DNA of 63,261 nt, counting the filler, from Trichomonas gallinae (lineage: Eukaryota): assembly GCA_008369845.1 (NCBI GenBank). It is 5 parts of 5 records of this genome, joined end to end, with 100 filler letters (N's around TTAATTAATTAA, not from the genome) between each part and the next. Parts side by side here need not be neighbours in the genome. Positions count along the whole stretch, not along the records: positions 15,082 to 32,015 come from MRSU01001329.1; 4 more parts are not named here. The stretch is one strand, 5' to 3'. Shown piece by piece: positions 22,251 through 32,115 of this stretch. The position numbers were made by a program, and so were the translations under genes. The notes under the pieces were generated by a model. That model ran no database searches. It was not told the origin of the DNA and saw only the letters and a list, made by a program, of their open reading frames with translations. Each line of letters starts with the position of its first letter. Position 1 is the first letter of the stretch.

Positions 22251-23984
22251 TTATTCAATAAATATAACAGAATATTTGTGATCAAATACGACATCGAATG
22301 GTCTCCCAGTGTAAGGATCGGTTATTGAAGCGTTTCCTTGGTCATCGATTGCGAAAAGAATCTTTGGTTCAGATTGAGCCGAAATTGATAAGATTCTTTG
22401 AAGGAAGTATTGCATCATATATAATAATTCAATAAACCTCTTGAACCTCATGTTGTCTAATAAGCTGCTCATTTCAATGACATCATCTTTGTAGTACAAT
22501 GCCTGGTAGACGTTCATCGGTTTGAGGTAGCCTAGAAAGACTCTGTCATGAATATGATTCAAAATCTTCTTGAAGATGATCGTCCTCGAGTTAAACGAGG
22601 GTGTTTTCTGATTCATTGTCTGGAAATTCGCGAAATAAGTAAGCCTATCAAGTAAACTGATTTCGACGTACAAAAGTTCAGCAAGAGACTGTGGTATCAA
22701 TACATGGTCCGGTTTCATTCTTAAGTATTCAATTGAGCGATTGAAGTAAGTCATATTTTGGGCAACAAGAGCTACGATTTCCGGGTACCTCTCATTTGCG
22801 ATGTATTTGTTAAGAATGAGCTCAAGAAATGGAATGCAATGATGGAAAATAATGGAAGGAAATTGAATTTTTTCAAAAAGAGAGGATGATGGAAATCTGA
22901 TTGTCTCTGGTTTTCTGAGATCATTCAAAAAGAATGATGGAATTGTTGCGAAGTAACTGTGATCAACTTCACACAGTTTGATCATTTGAAATATAAGAGA
23001 AGCTCTACTACAGAGTTGTAAAATCAATCTCTGTAATAATGTGTGTTTTTCATCGTCAAGCTTTTCACAAAGCTTGGCGTAGAGTGGACCACATATTCCG
23101 TGTAATCTTTCGAGCTCAGTTTTATATAAATCCGTTTGATATTGAAAATTATATCCTTTTTGATATAATCCTTTTATTACATCCATAGTATTATTGAGGC
23201 GTGTATGTAAATTGGTTATTGTGTCTTCTTCAGTTAAAGGATGCTGAACATGACTCTTAAGTTGCGTTTTTTCTGTAATAATCCTTTTTCCATTAATACT
23301 TCTATTTTGCGTAAGCTTATTGATTATTCTCACTCTCCTGTTGAGAACGTTCAATGCCATTTTATCCCCGGACTGAAGTGAACATCTTGGCTCACCAAGT
23401 GGATGCCGGATTCGCATATAAGAGTTTCCTATCACAGGAAGCATCAGATCTCCGTTTACAACAGGATTGGATGAATATCTAAAAATGTATTGTAAGTCAT
23501 AATGTGGTTTGCGTAAGAATCGTATTGTATTAGTAATATCATGTGCTCTAAGAAAATTTAATTTTTGTGCTGCAAGAACAAACTCAACTGGAGTAATTCC
23601 ACCAGGAAGATGATGAACAGCTTCGAAATAAGATGGTTTGATTTCCGCAACTTCACAGCCTGGGGTTCTTGTTGGCTGATCTTTATCAATCCTGCATGGA
23701 ATATTGTAACCATATGAAAATTTTATTGATGGGAAAAATTCACGAACAAAATCATTAACAAATATCTCTTCATCTACATCTGTATCCGTCATTTCATACA
23801 TTTCTAGCGCATATTCGCGAAAAAGTCTGATATATTGGTAAGTTGCACATTCTGGATTTTGAAGAATCATCCCATAAGCTTTCTTGAATAGAGATACTCG
23901 ATCCTCTTTCGGAAATTTAAGGAATGGCTTCATTACTGCGTCAAAATTTCGTAGAATATCACTAGGAAAAAATGGAGGAAGCAT
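22251..23984 (-). CDS. Hypothetical protein (~577 aa), no recognised domain
   Basis: Long ORF with coding-like composition; likely start MLPPFFP at 23984. Confidence 0.8.
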   Translation of the reverse strand: MLPPFFPSDILRNFDAVMKPFLKFPKEDRVSLFKKAYGMILQNPECATYQYIRLFREYALEMYEMTDTDVDEEIFVNDFVREFFPSIKFSYGYNIPCRIDKDQPTRTPGCEVAEIKPSYFEAVHHLPGGITPVEFVLAAQKLNFLRAHDITNTIRFLRKPHYDLQYIFRYSSNPVVNGDLMLPVIGNSYMRIRHPLGEPRCSLQSGDKMALNVLNRRVRIINKLTQNRSINGKRIITEKTQLKSHVQHPLTEEDTITNLHTRLNNTMDVIKGLYQKGYNFQYQTDLYKTELERLHGICGPLYAKLCEKLDDEKHTLLQRLILQLCSRASLIFQMIKLCEVDHSYFATIPSFFLNDLRKPETIRFPSSSLFEKIQFPSIIFHHCIPFLELILNKYIANERYPEIVALVAQNMTYFNRSIEYLRMKPDHVLIPQSLAELLYVEISLLDRLTYFANFQTMNQKTPSFNSRTIIFKKILNHIHDRVFLGYLKPMNVYQALYYKDDVIEMSSLLDNMRFKRFIELLYMMQYFLQRILSISAQSEPKILFAIDDQGNASITDPYTGRPFDVVFDHKYSVIFIE

Positions 23985-24246
23985 GATTTTGTTTTTGGTA
24001 AATTTCGCAAAAATGACAAATAAATCAAATTTTGTCAAATAAATCGGAATAATTGTCATATAAATTTGACATTTTGCCAGATAAATTGAGATATGAAATA
24101 TGCCGTGTAAATAGATGTAAGATAAACATATGTCAAAAATAATCATCCCATTTCACACGTGATAATACAATTTCATTGTCAGTCACATGTCGTGAGCCAA
24201 TCCCATAGTGGCTTTTGATCGTTGACAGGTTTGATTTTAGAAAATC

Positions 24247-24381
24247 ATGATTGCCTCATTTCTGTGACAGGTTGAAAATAGAAACAACATTTTCAATAGA
24301 TATGGTTTTAATATCAAAGATTTAATTGGATGAATCTATTGATATTTTTTTGAAAAAATCTAATCAAAGTTGAATTATATG
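24247..24381 (+). repeat. Dispersed ~135-bp intergenic repeat, copy 2
   Basis: Direct-orientation match to 21822-21955. Confidence 0.8.
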
Positions 24382-24583
24382 GTTAATCGGTTTAATATGT
24401 CGCATAAATCATGGATATATTGTTTTTTTTGATTTGATTCTGAATTTGAAATATTCGTTTTTTTACATGACAATTTTATCAAAAATTGAAAATTTTACAT
24501 GACATTTTGATGGTGATTTTAAAGATTTACATGTCATATTATATTTAATTGGTCAAATAAAATTTTTGACATTAAAATATATA

Positions 24584-25615
24584 ATGTGGGAGATTCAAAG
24601 TGATTGGAGCTCTTTGTCATCATTCTGGGTCAAGATTGGAGAAAAGAAATACACAATAAACAGGCAGGATAACATGTTTATATCGAAAGATCAAGGCGTA
24701 TCAATTGATTCAACAATTCCAAAAACTTTCACAATTGACTCAAAAGAAGGACGATGCACCTTCATAGAGCCATCAATGAAGATCACATCACATAAAGATA
24801 GCTGCGTAAATTGCGTTGATGTCACTCCAGACGGTGATGAAGTTTTAAGTGGAGACTGCTTCGGAAAATTATACTTAAACTATAAGAAAACAGATCCAGT
24901 GCCAATGGAAGGCCCACGCGAAGGATTTGACATCGAAGATTGCATTATTGACAAAAAATTGCAGAAATACTTCAACTGTGGCGGGGACTTCACTATATAC
25001 GCTTTTTCCAACGAATACTTTGTCATTGGACAGTACAAGGGCCACAGATCTTCAGTTAAAAGAATAATTATTAATAATGAGTTTATTTACTCAGGTTCTG
25101 AAGATTGCACAATCAAGAAATGGGATATTTCACATTACAACACGATATCAACAGCCGATGTAGACAATCCAGTCACCGATTTCTGCTTTGGCGAAAATGC
25201 AATTTATGTTTCAACAATTTCCTCAGTTAGAGCCTTAGATTTGCGCACATCTGCTGGAGTTGTGTCTCCTGATAACGGAAGCACATCATCATTCACGACA
25301 ATCTGCGCATTCGGAGACAAAATCGTCGCCGGAAGTGAAGAAGGATCGATTTCGCTCTGGGACTCCAGGAATATGGGCAAACCGGTCACAGAATGGCAGT
25401 GGTATGACTCCATGGTCAACAAAGTCCGTTATAGCCAGAACAGGCTGTGGGTGGCAACAAATGATGGAACAGCTGCATCTATTAACATCGAAAACAAGAC
25501 TTCTTCAATTGTTCTCGGAACCCCGTCATTTGAGGCTGTTAAGGCTATAGCTTTCAGCGACTCCAAAGTTTTCACTTCAGGAGCAACAGGAGAAATTTCA
25601 ATTTTCAATTTGTAA
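24584..25615 (+). CDS. WD40 protein, PAAF1/Rpn14-like proteasome base assembly chaperone
   Basis: N-terminal IQSDW...FW motif and F..P....H...V.C.D before the WD repeats, as in PAAF1; GH...V...IYSGSEDCTIKKWD WD40 repeats. Confidence 0.7.
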   Translation: MWEIQSDWSSLSSFWVKIGEKKYTINRQDNMFISKDQGVSIDSTIPKTFTIDSKEGRCTFIEPSMKITSHKDSCVNCVDVTPDGDEVLSGDCFGKLYLNYKKTDPVPMEGPREGFDIEDCIIDKKLQKYFNCGGDFTIYAFSNEYFVIGQYKGHRSSVKRIIINNEFIYSGSEDCTIKKWDISHYNTISTADVDNPVTDFCFGENAIYVSTISSVRALDLRTSAGVVSPDNGSTSSFTTICAFGDKIVAGSEEGSISLWDSRNMGKPVTEWQWYDSMVNKVRYSQNRLWVATNDGTAASINIENKTSSIVLGTPSFEAVKAIAFSDSKVFTSGATGEISIFNL

Positions 25616-25689
25616 ATTATTATTATTTAAAAACTGTATAATAAACACATTTATCTAAAAGGAAAGTAATATAATGAATTATAGGAAGC

Positions 25690-26193
25690 TTAATGCGGTC
25701 TTGTTAATGATGATAATAATTCTTCTTTTGCTTTCTGCATATACCATGCTGGATCATCACCGCAGATCTGAAAACGCGGCGCCTGTTGATCTGGCTGCCA
25801 ATGTTTGTCACGATTATTTGCTTCGTTCACAAATGAAGAGGATTTGTAGTCTAAATTAACCTGGAATGCCTGCTGCCTACGAGTAGTCTTTTTACGCTTC
25901 TCTTGTTCCATTTGCGCAAGAAGAGGAACAATCTTCCATGTTTTAAGGACATCACGTGAATTCAAGATTTCTGCTTTTCTAGCGGCGATTTGTTTAGAGT
26001 AGTCTTTCTGAAATTGGTCATCTGCTTTTGGTATTGGCTTTTTTTGAACGGCTGCAAAAACGACATTTTCTCTAAGCTCCAAAAACCTATTATATTCAAG
26101 CTCTGACTCGAAATCCTCGGGAATTAAACAGTATTGGTCGAAAATTTTTCTGTGTGTTGCAAGTTCTTGATTATTTAAAACTTGATTCTTCAT
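25690..26193 (-). CDS. MAT1/Tfb3-like (CAK assembly factor) central domain protein, no RING finger
   Basis: HRKIFDQYCLIPEDFESELEYNRFLELRENVVF resembles MAT1 RK.V..IYNK.EEDF.SL.EYN.FLEE.E.IVF; likely start MKNQVL (the upstream in-frame extension is a DNA repeat). Confidence 0.65.
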   Translation of the reverse strand: MKNQVLNNQELATHRKIFDQYCLIPEDFESELEYNRFLELRENVVFAAVQKKPIPKADDQFQKDYSKQIAARKAEILNSRDVLKTWKIVPLLAQMEQEKRKKTTRRQQAFQVNLDYKSSSFVNEANNRDKHWQPDQQAPRFQICGDDPAWYMQKAKEELLSSLTRPH

Positions 26194-26197
26194 TTTA

Positions 26198-26262
26198 TGA
26201 CATGTGACATGAAATTTTTCTTCAAACTGACATGTGATATGAATTTTCTTGACATGTGACAT
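26198..26262. repeat. Three copies of TGACATGTGA(C/T)AT in a 150-bp divergent promoter
   Basis: Copies at 26198, 26228 and 26250. Confidence 0.85.
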
Positions 26263-26346
26263 AAAACAATTTAATCCAATGATATCCAATGAATTATTGT
26301 TTATCTATTCAAAAAAACTCAATAGCGCCGATATTGATGCCAGATA

Positions 26347-27369
26347 ATGAATGAATATAATTGCATCAACCCTCCAAAATCAATAGAATTTTTTCAAAAA
26401 TCTTTTGCCAACTTTGACTGGGATGAATTCTATAAGCTACAAAGTTATAATGAGTCAAAAAATAAGATCAATGAACAAATTAAAAGCACATCATCGAGTT
26501 ATTACATAAGTTTTTGCAGGTTTAGCAATCTAAAAAGTTCTGCAATAAACTTCGATACAGAAAATCCTTTGACAAATTTACTCTCAGAAGACTGTATCTT
26601 CTCTGAATGCTCAAATACTAATGTAGGAGGCTCCATCTCTTTCCAGACAAAAGGACAGTGTGTTCAGAATAGAATATGCAGCTACAAATCAAAAGTTACT
26701 GGCACAAATTTTCATGGAGTTTATTGTTCAATTGATGTCTCCGAAACACAGCCATTCCAGAACAAAATCCTATATTCATCTATTGCAGAATCAGGGGATG
26801 GAAAATACCTAGGATTTGGAAATATTTACGTTCAGAATGGTGCTGTTGTTATATCATCAACTAACGAATCGTTTGGAACATCACAAATTTATCCAACAAT
26901 CTTCTTAAATTCAGCGAGTTCTGATTCATTATTCAAATATTCAACATTCACCAATAATACACATAATCCTGCAGCTCCCGGTAATTCTATATTTTTTTTT
27001 GAAAAGGCAGAAACATCAAATTTTGTCCAACTTGACATGAAGTTTTGCAACATAATAAATAACTCTGGAACCAATTGTATTATAGCTTCATCTCTCCCAT
27101 TTATTGCTTATAGATGTAACTTCAAAAATAATTATCATACTGCAAAGTCCTTTCAGATTAACATGACTCTATCAGAATGCTATATTGACAACTACAAAGG
27201 AGGAGCAACTATGATTAATAGTCTTACAAAACAAAGAAATTTAAAACTTGTTCATTTATCAACATATAAATGCGAAACAGTTTATTTAGAGCAAGAACCA
27301 ACATTAATAAATTATTTCGAGTTTCATTATTTTATTGCCTTTGAAATCATTATAATAATAAACGATTAA
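26347..27369 (+). CDS. Lineage-specific Cys/Asn-rich predicted beta-helix (Pmp-like) protein
   Basis: WDEFY motif; repeated C.F..C/STF.NN/CN..NN rungs and GGSI; hydrophobic C-terminus. Confidence 0.7.
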   Translation: MNEYNCINPPKSIEFFQKSFANFDWDEFYKLQSYNESKNKINEQIKSTSSSYYISFCRFSNLKSSAINFDTENPLTNLLSEDCIFSECSNTNVGGSISFQTKGQCVQNRICSYKSKVTGTNFHGVYCSIDVSETQPFQNKILYSSIAESGDGKYLGFGNIYVQNGAVVISSTNESFGTSQIYPTIFLNSASSDSLFKYSTFTNNTHNPAAPGNSIFFFEKAETSNFVQLDMKFCNIINNSGTNCIIASSLPFIAYRCNFKNNYHTAKSFQINMTLSECYIDNYKGGATMINSLTKQRNLKLVHLSTYKCETVYLEQEPTLINYFEFHYFIAFEIIIIIND

Positions 27370-27789
27370 TGCTTTGAATAGTCAATAGGAAAAAAAAAAA
27401 TCTATAATATGATGTTATAGAAGAATATAACTTTCAATAGATTTATGATATGAAAAACACATCAACTAATTTATTATGTCTAGCTTGAATTAAGAAATAT
27501 ATAATCAAGAATGCTTTCCTAATAATCAAGATGTGAAAATAAGTCCAATCATTAAAAATTGTTGGAAAATTTTTCACACCGACGACTTTTTTTTTAGAAT
27601 AAAAATAAACATTCGATTTTAAAGAGAAGTATTATAAAGTATTATGTGTTTCAAAAATGATGAAAAAAAAACATTAAATCCTATTTTGTTTCAATTTTTT
27701 CGACGTTTGAATAAAAACTGATTTTAAAATAATCATGAACATCACAATAGAATTGTTTTAAGTGTATTTAATTGTATTATTCATAACTA

Positions 27790-28720
27790 ATATACTCAAT
27801 CCACATTCTCCATAATGAGTGGGATGAATTTTATGACAAGAAAGATTCGCGGAGAGAATTCTTCAATAAAAAAACAGTTCTTTTAGTTGACTGACCAAAT
27901 AACTTCCATATCGCTTTATACATTTTTGTTTCTATATCTCAATCTGGAGCTGTTTATCATAATCAAAATAGCGAACTCAAAATTCTCCATGAAAATTGTT
28001 TATTTAATTCTTGCAATTGTGATTCAGAAAATGACAAATCTGGCTACTTCACATGCTTTAACGACAGCAATACTGTTCAGCAACATAATTGTAATCGAAA
28101 TTCACAATCAAAAGCAATATTCTGTGTTCGGCCAAAAACGATTTAAGTTTTAGAATTTTGCGCGATATATTTCTGCCTTAAACTGCAGCAATGAAGCGAG
28201 GAAACAGTAGCAATCAATAATGGTAAATTAGAATTTTCATACTCAAACGTCACAAAAAGTGCTGGCAATGCATTGTATACCAAAATTGGGGTTAGATATT
28301 TTAATAGGAGGATCAAATATGGTTATTTTAATCAAAACAGTGCGGCACAAGAATCAGCTGTAATATCACCTGGTAGGGAATATTACTTATAGCAATATCA
28401 TTGATAATTATTGCAGTTATGGAGTTTATTATACAGTTTCCTTTATAGATGATTTCATTTTTGACAACAAAAATGCTGAAGTCACAGTTTATGCTAATTT
28501 AGCAAATTATCAATGCGTTATGCATAATTCATTTGCATCTCCATATATATTCGCAGGCAATGTCGAATTAATAAATGTAACAAATACGAGCAATGAAATA
28601 AATAATGACTTCTCAAGTTTATGCTATATCTCCTAAAAAACCTGATGATGAGACAGAAGCTGTGGAATTCTCAATATTTAACTTCACAAAATGCGTAATT
28701 GGTTCATCGCTATTATCTAA
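27790..28720 (+). pseudogene. Degenerate tandem paralog of the 26347-27369 gene
   Basis: From 27814 reads NEWDEFYDKK...VD*PNNFHIALYIF...GAVY...KILHENCLFNSC...TVQQHNC..NS, colinear with the intact neighbour but with in-frame stops; boundaries approximate. Confidence 0.65.
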
Positions 28721-28821
28721 TGACGTGATAAAATAATATTAAATTATGTGAAGCATTATATGAAAATAAAGAAGAAAGTTCAACAAAAAAACAATCAATA
28801 CAAATTTATTCGCTAAAAATA

Positions 28822-31605
28822 TTATTCATCTCTAAAGATAGTCTTGCATAGGCTCTTCAACGAGTATGTTTCCTTGAGAAGCTTTAAAGTGTCTGTCGTT
28901 TGTAGTTCGATCGGTTTGATAGGGAAGTCGATTGTTGGCTTCTTCGACTGCAAGAATTCGCTTGTCAATGCAAACAATGTCTGAGAGTTCTCATTCTTAA
29001 TCGAGAACTGCACGGACCTCCTTTTCTTCTTCTCTCCTGTGCGCGGAATCTCTGCCTTCTTCGGTTTCTTCGGCAAAGGTTCTTCGAAGCCAGTTAGCTC
29101 GATTTTGCTCTTTGCGCGTCGACGCTTTTTGTGTGGCGTCGGCATGTCATCGAACCTCGCGTCAGACATCCTGAACTTTGACTCAGTCATGCTCAGTGGG
29201 GTGTCATTGCTTCCCTCAGAAGAGTCAACCTTGCTGCCCCCGCCGACAAAAATCACTGCTGACTTCCTCTTCCTCTTCGGCTTCTTCGGGTCGTCGATTG
29301 TTATGATTCCGCTTGGCAAGCTACTAGACGCCTTGATTCCTGCACTCTTCATTTCTGATTCGTTGTTTATTGGGACAGTTTTAGTGCTCATTGAGTCGAA
29401 TTCGACGGATTTTACTGTCTTGGAGCTTTCGTTGTCGCTTCTTGACATGCTTAAAGCTTCAGATTCTTCGTGAGACGACGAATCATCATTTTTAATGTCT
29501 TTGAGCTTGAATTTCCTTCTTCCTCCTTCATCTCCTGAGTCTGTTGACATTCTGCGCCTGATCATTACCATGTGAACTTCATCATCTGATGTTCCTGCTT
29601 CTTTCAGGTAGGAGAACTTCTGTGGCTTGTCGTTGACTGTCATACCTAAGAGAAGTGGCCTGGAAAGAGTTCGTTCGACGTCTTCGCTGAGATAATATGG
29701 AAATCGCTGAAAATCTTCCATAACCCATACAAATGGGTTCTCATTGAATGGTTCTTCGAAGTTTTCTGGTCTTCCTTCGTTTATTCCGCCTTTTAGTAGC
29801 TTTCCGATTAATTCGAATAAATTTTTCGCGATTTGTTTAGTTTTGGGCGTTGTGGCTGCAGAATTGATATCATCTGTGAAGTCGTCGACAAAAATTGTGC
29901 GTTTTGTGTATTCAAATCTTTTCATTGAAGAAAAAATTCCTTCTATTGAAGCATCGAAGCCTTTGAAGCTGATTTGCGAGAGATTTCTGTTCAAATATAC
30001 CAAATCGAAGAGAATATTGATCGATTGCTGATTTAGTTTCTGATTTGAAAGATTTAATGTATTAATTTGAAGAGCAGCTGAAAGATTATTGATGAAACTG
30101 GCTGCATGTGCACCGATGTGCTTTTCTTCTGTTCCTGCCATTATAATTTTCTCTATATATTGGAGTCTCGCTAAGGAATTTCCTAATTCGATCAAATCTT
30201 CGGAATTTGACGATGAATAGCATCCTGACACAGCTAATTCATGTAAATTATCGCATCTGCTGATGAATTTGTTGAAATTTCCGGATATTTTATTAAATGA
30301 CCAATCTAAGCCATATAAGCAACGTGTAGGTATGTTTTTGAAGGCTACATTTATCTTGTTTGCGTCATTTTCTGTAATGGTTGAGTTTGAAAAATTCAAA
30401 TAAATTCCATAAGGGAAACTAGATGTTAAAAACAAGTCGAAAACCTGGCTGAAGGTCATCTCCGGCCAGTTAATGTCCGCTGCATCGAATCTAATGAGTG
30501 CTTGTGGCAGATTTAAAACTTTTGATTTTAATTCCGTGCATGTGTTGCCGCTAACGTTTATCATCTTAATTGAATGGTTCGGATATTTGGATATTTGTGT
30601 AAGAATCATAGAAATATCCAAGTTACAGTAAGCAACGCTTAAAATCTGTATATGGGCGCAGTTTTCGTACAATCTTTCGAAGTCAAGAGCTTTAGTGTAG
30701 TCCATATTGAGTGTCTTGAGGTTTGTAAACAAACTTGACTGTGCATAAGTGAATTCGTATATGCCTTGCAAACAATTTTGTAGTGACAAACATTTAAGAG
30801 ACGAGTTTCTGATATTTTCAAGTGTTTGAATGTTTTCTTGGGTAAAATCGCAATCTTTGAATGTTAATCCAATTAATTTCTTGGATTCGTTAATTTCGTC
30901 GATGAAATGTTGAAAATTCGCAGTGAGTTTGCCTGTTACTTGTATGTGCTTTGGTGGGAAGTCATCAGAGATAAATTCGCCCAAAATTTTGAAAATATCA
31001 AAATTCATCGGTTCAACGAACTCCAAACTCTCAATATAATCGGCAGACTGCAATGTTTTCATGATTGGCGTCGCTAAATTGTCGATTTGATTTGCTCTGA
31101 TCTTCACAACTTTTTGTTTTTTACGGAATAAATTATTTTTAGCGAATTCAATGATATTTTGATTATTATTGATTTCATTCATCATGTTGGATTGTATCGC
31201 GCTGCAATATAAGCGCGCCAGAAGCGAATCTGGCGTGTAAACGTATTTATATGTTGTAAAGTTTTTCAATTCGAGATCTTCAGATTCATATGTTGTTAGA
31301 ACGCGTTGTATAATGCATCCTATGATTTCTTTGACTTTTTTGATGTTTTCTGGAATAAATCTCATTATTTTGTCTTCAGATCCGAATTCTAGTAGTATAA
31401 TATTGTCATCTAGGCTGATGTATGACAGGGAAGTCCATGGAAAAGACTTGTCTTTAACTGTATCTTTAAAGTAACATATAAATGCGTCAGTGAGGGCGAG
31501 GAGCCTGTCCGATGATGCCCCACGCTCCCTCACTTTTTGTACTTCAAAAATACCAAAAATCTGCCGGTGACAACTCTCAAGATAGGACCGGCAGAGGCTT
31601 GCCAT
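28822..31605 (-). CDS. CARMIL-like leucine-rich repeat protein
   Basis: N-terminal PH-like segment (VQKV...SDRLLALTDAFICYF), RI-type LRRs (LKCLSLQNC, IKMINVSGN, LYGLDWSFN, INTLNLSNQKL), long Ser/Lys-rich disordered tail. Confidence 0.75.
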   Translation of the reverse strand: MASLCRSYLESCHRQIFGIFEVQKVRERGASSDRLLALTDAFICYFKDTVKDKSFPWTSLSYISLDDNIILLEFGSEDKIMRFIPENIKKVKEIIGCIIQRVLTTYESEDLELKNFTTYKYVYTPDSLLARLYCSAIQSNMMNEINNNQNIIEFAKNNLFRKKQKVVKIRANQIDNLATPIMKTLQSADYIESLEFVEPMNFDIFKILGEFISDDFPPKHIQVTGKLTANFQHFIDEINESKKLIGLTFKDCDFTQENIQTLENIRNSSLKCLSLQNCLQGIYEFTYAQSSLFTNLKTLNMDYTKALDFERLYENCAHIQILSVAYCNLDISMILTQISKYPNHSIKMINVSGNTCTELKSKVLNLPQALIRFDAADINWPEMTFSQVFDLFLTSSFPYGIYLNFSNSTITENDANKINVAFKNIPTRCLYGLDWSFNKISGNFNKFISRCDNLHELAVSGCYSSSNSEDLIELGNSLARLQYIEKIIMAGTEEKHIGAHAASFINNLSAALQINTLNLSNQKLNQQSINILFDLVYLNRNLSQISFKGFDASIEGIFSSMKRFEYTKRTIFVDDFTDDINSAATTPKTKQIAKNLFELIGKLLKGGINEGRPENFEEPFNENPFVWVMEDFQRFPYYLSEDVERTLSRPLLLGMTVNDKPQKFSYLKEAGTSDDEVHMVMIRRRMSTDSGDEGGRRKFKLKDIKNDDSSSHEESEALSMSRSDNESSKTVKSVEFDSMSTKTVPINNESEMKSAGIKASSSLPSGIITIDDPKKPKRKRKSAVIFVGGGSKVDSSEGSNDTPLSMTESKFRMSDARFDDMPTPHKKRRRAKSKIELTGFEEPLPKKPKKAEIPRTGEKKKRRSVQFSIKNENSQTLFALTSEFLQSKKPTIDFPIKPIELQTTDTLKLLKETYSLKSLCKTIFRDE

Positions 31606-31938
31606 GTTTTATAATTTTACTTTAAATTATTTTTTAATTATTTTTTGTTAATTGGTGCTTATATTGTCTTTTAGCTATAAATTATAATTTTTTGAATCTT
31701 TACATAAATTTTGTCATGTAAACAAACTTTACAAATAATTTTTAAATTCATATTTATATTGGTTTCTATCTCATTCTTTATTTTTTAGAAAATTATTGCT
31801 TTTGAATACAATAAATTTTGACATGTAAATTTATATTGACAAATATATTTTAATTCGTAGTTTGTTTGATTATTATGTGCTTATTTGTATTTTACAAAAT
31901 CAAAGATTTCATTTAAATTGTAAATTTGTCATGTAAAT

Positions 31939-32015
31939 TTAAGGGTCCGCTACGCGACCAAATAGCGGTCTCAATTTTTCAATGCGGTATTGAAAATTAT
32001 CGTTTTGCCCAGAAA
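31939..32015 (+). mobile_element. DNA transposon left terminus with TTAA site (Kolobok-like), truncated by gap
   Basis: TTAA|GGGTCCGCTACGCGACCAAATAGCGGTCT; abrupt GC-rich onset; inverted match to 43301-43331. Confidence 0.7.
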
Positions 32016-32115
32016 NNNNNNNNNNNNNNNNNNNNNNNNNNNNNNNNNNNNNNNNNNNNTTAATTAATTAANNNNNNNNNNNNNNNNNNNNNNNNNNNNN
32101 NNNNNNNNNNNNNNN
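32016..32115. other. Artificial contig-joining spacer
   Basis: N44-TTAATTAATTAA-N44. Confidence 0.97.
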
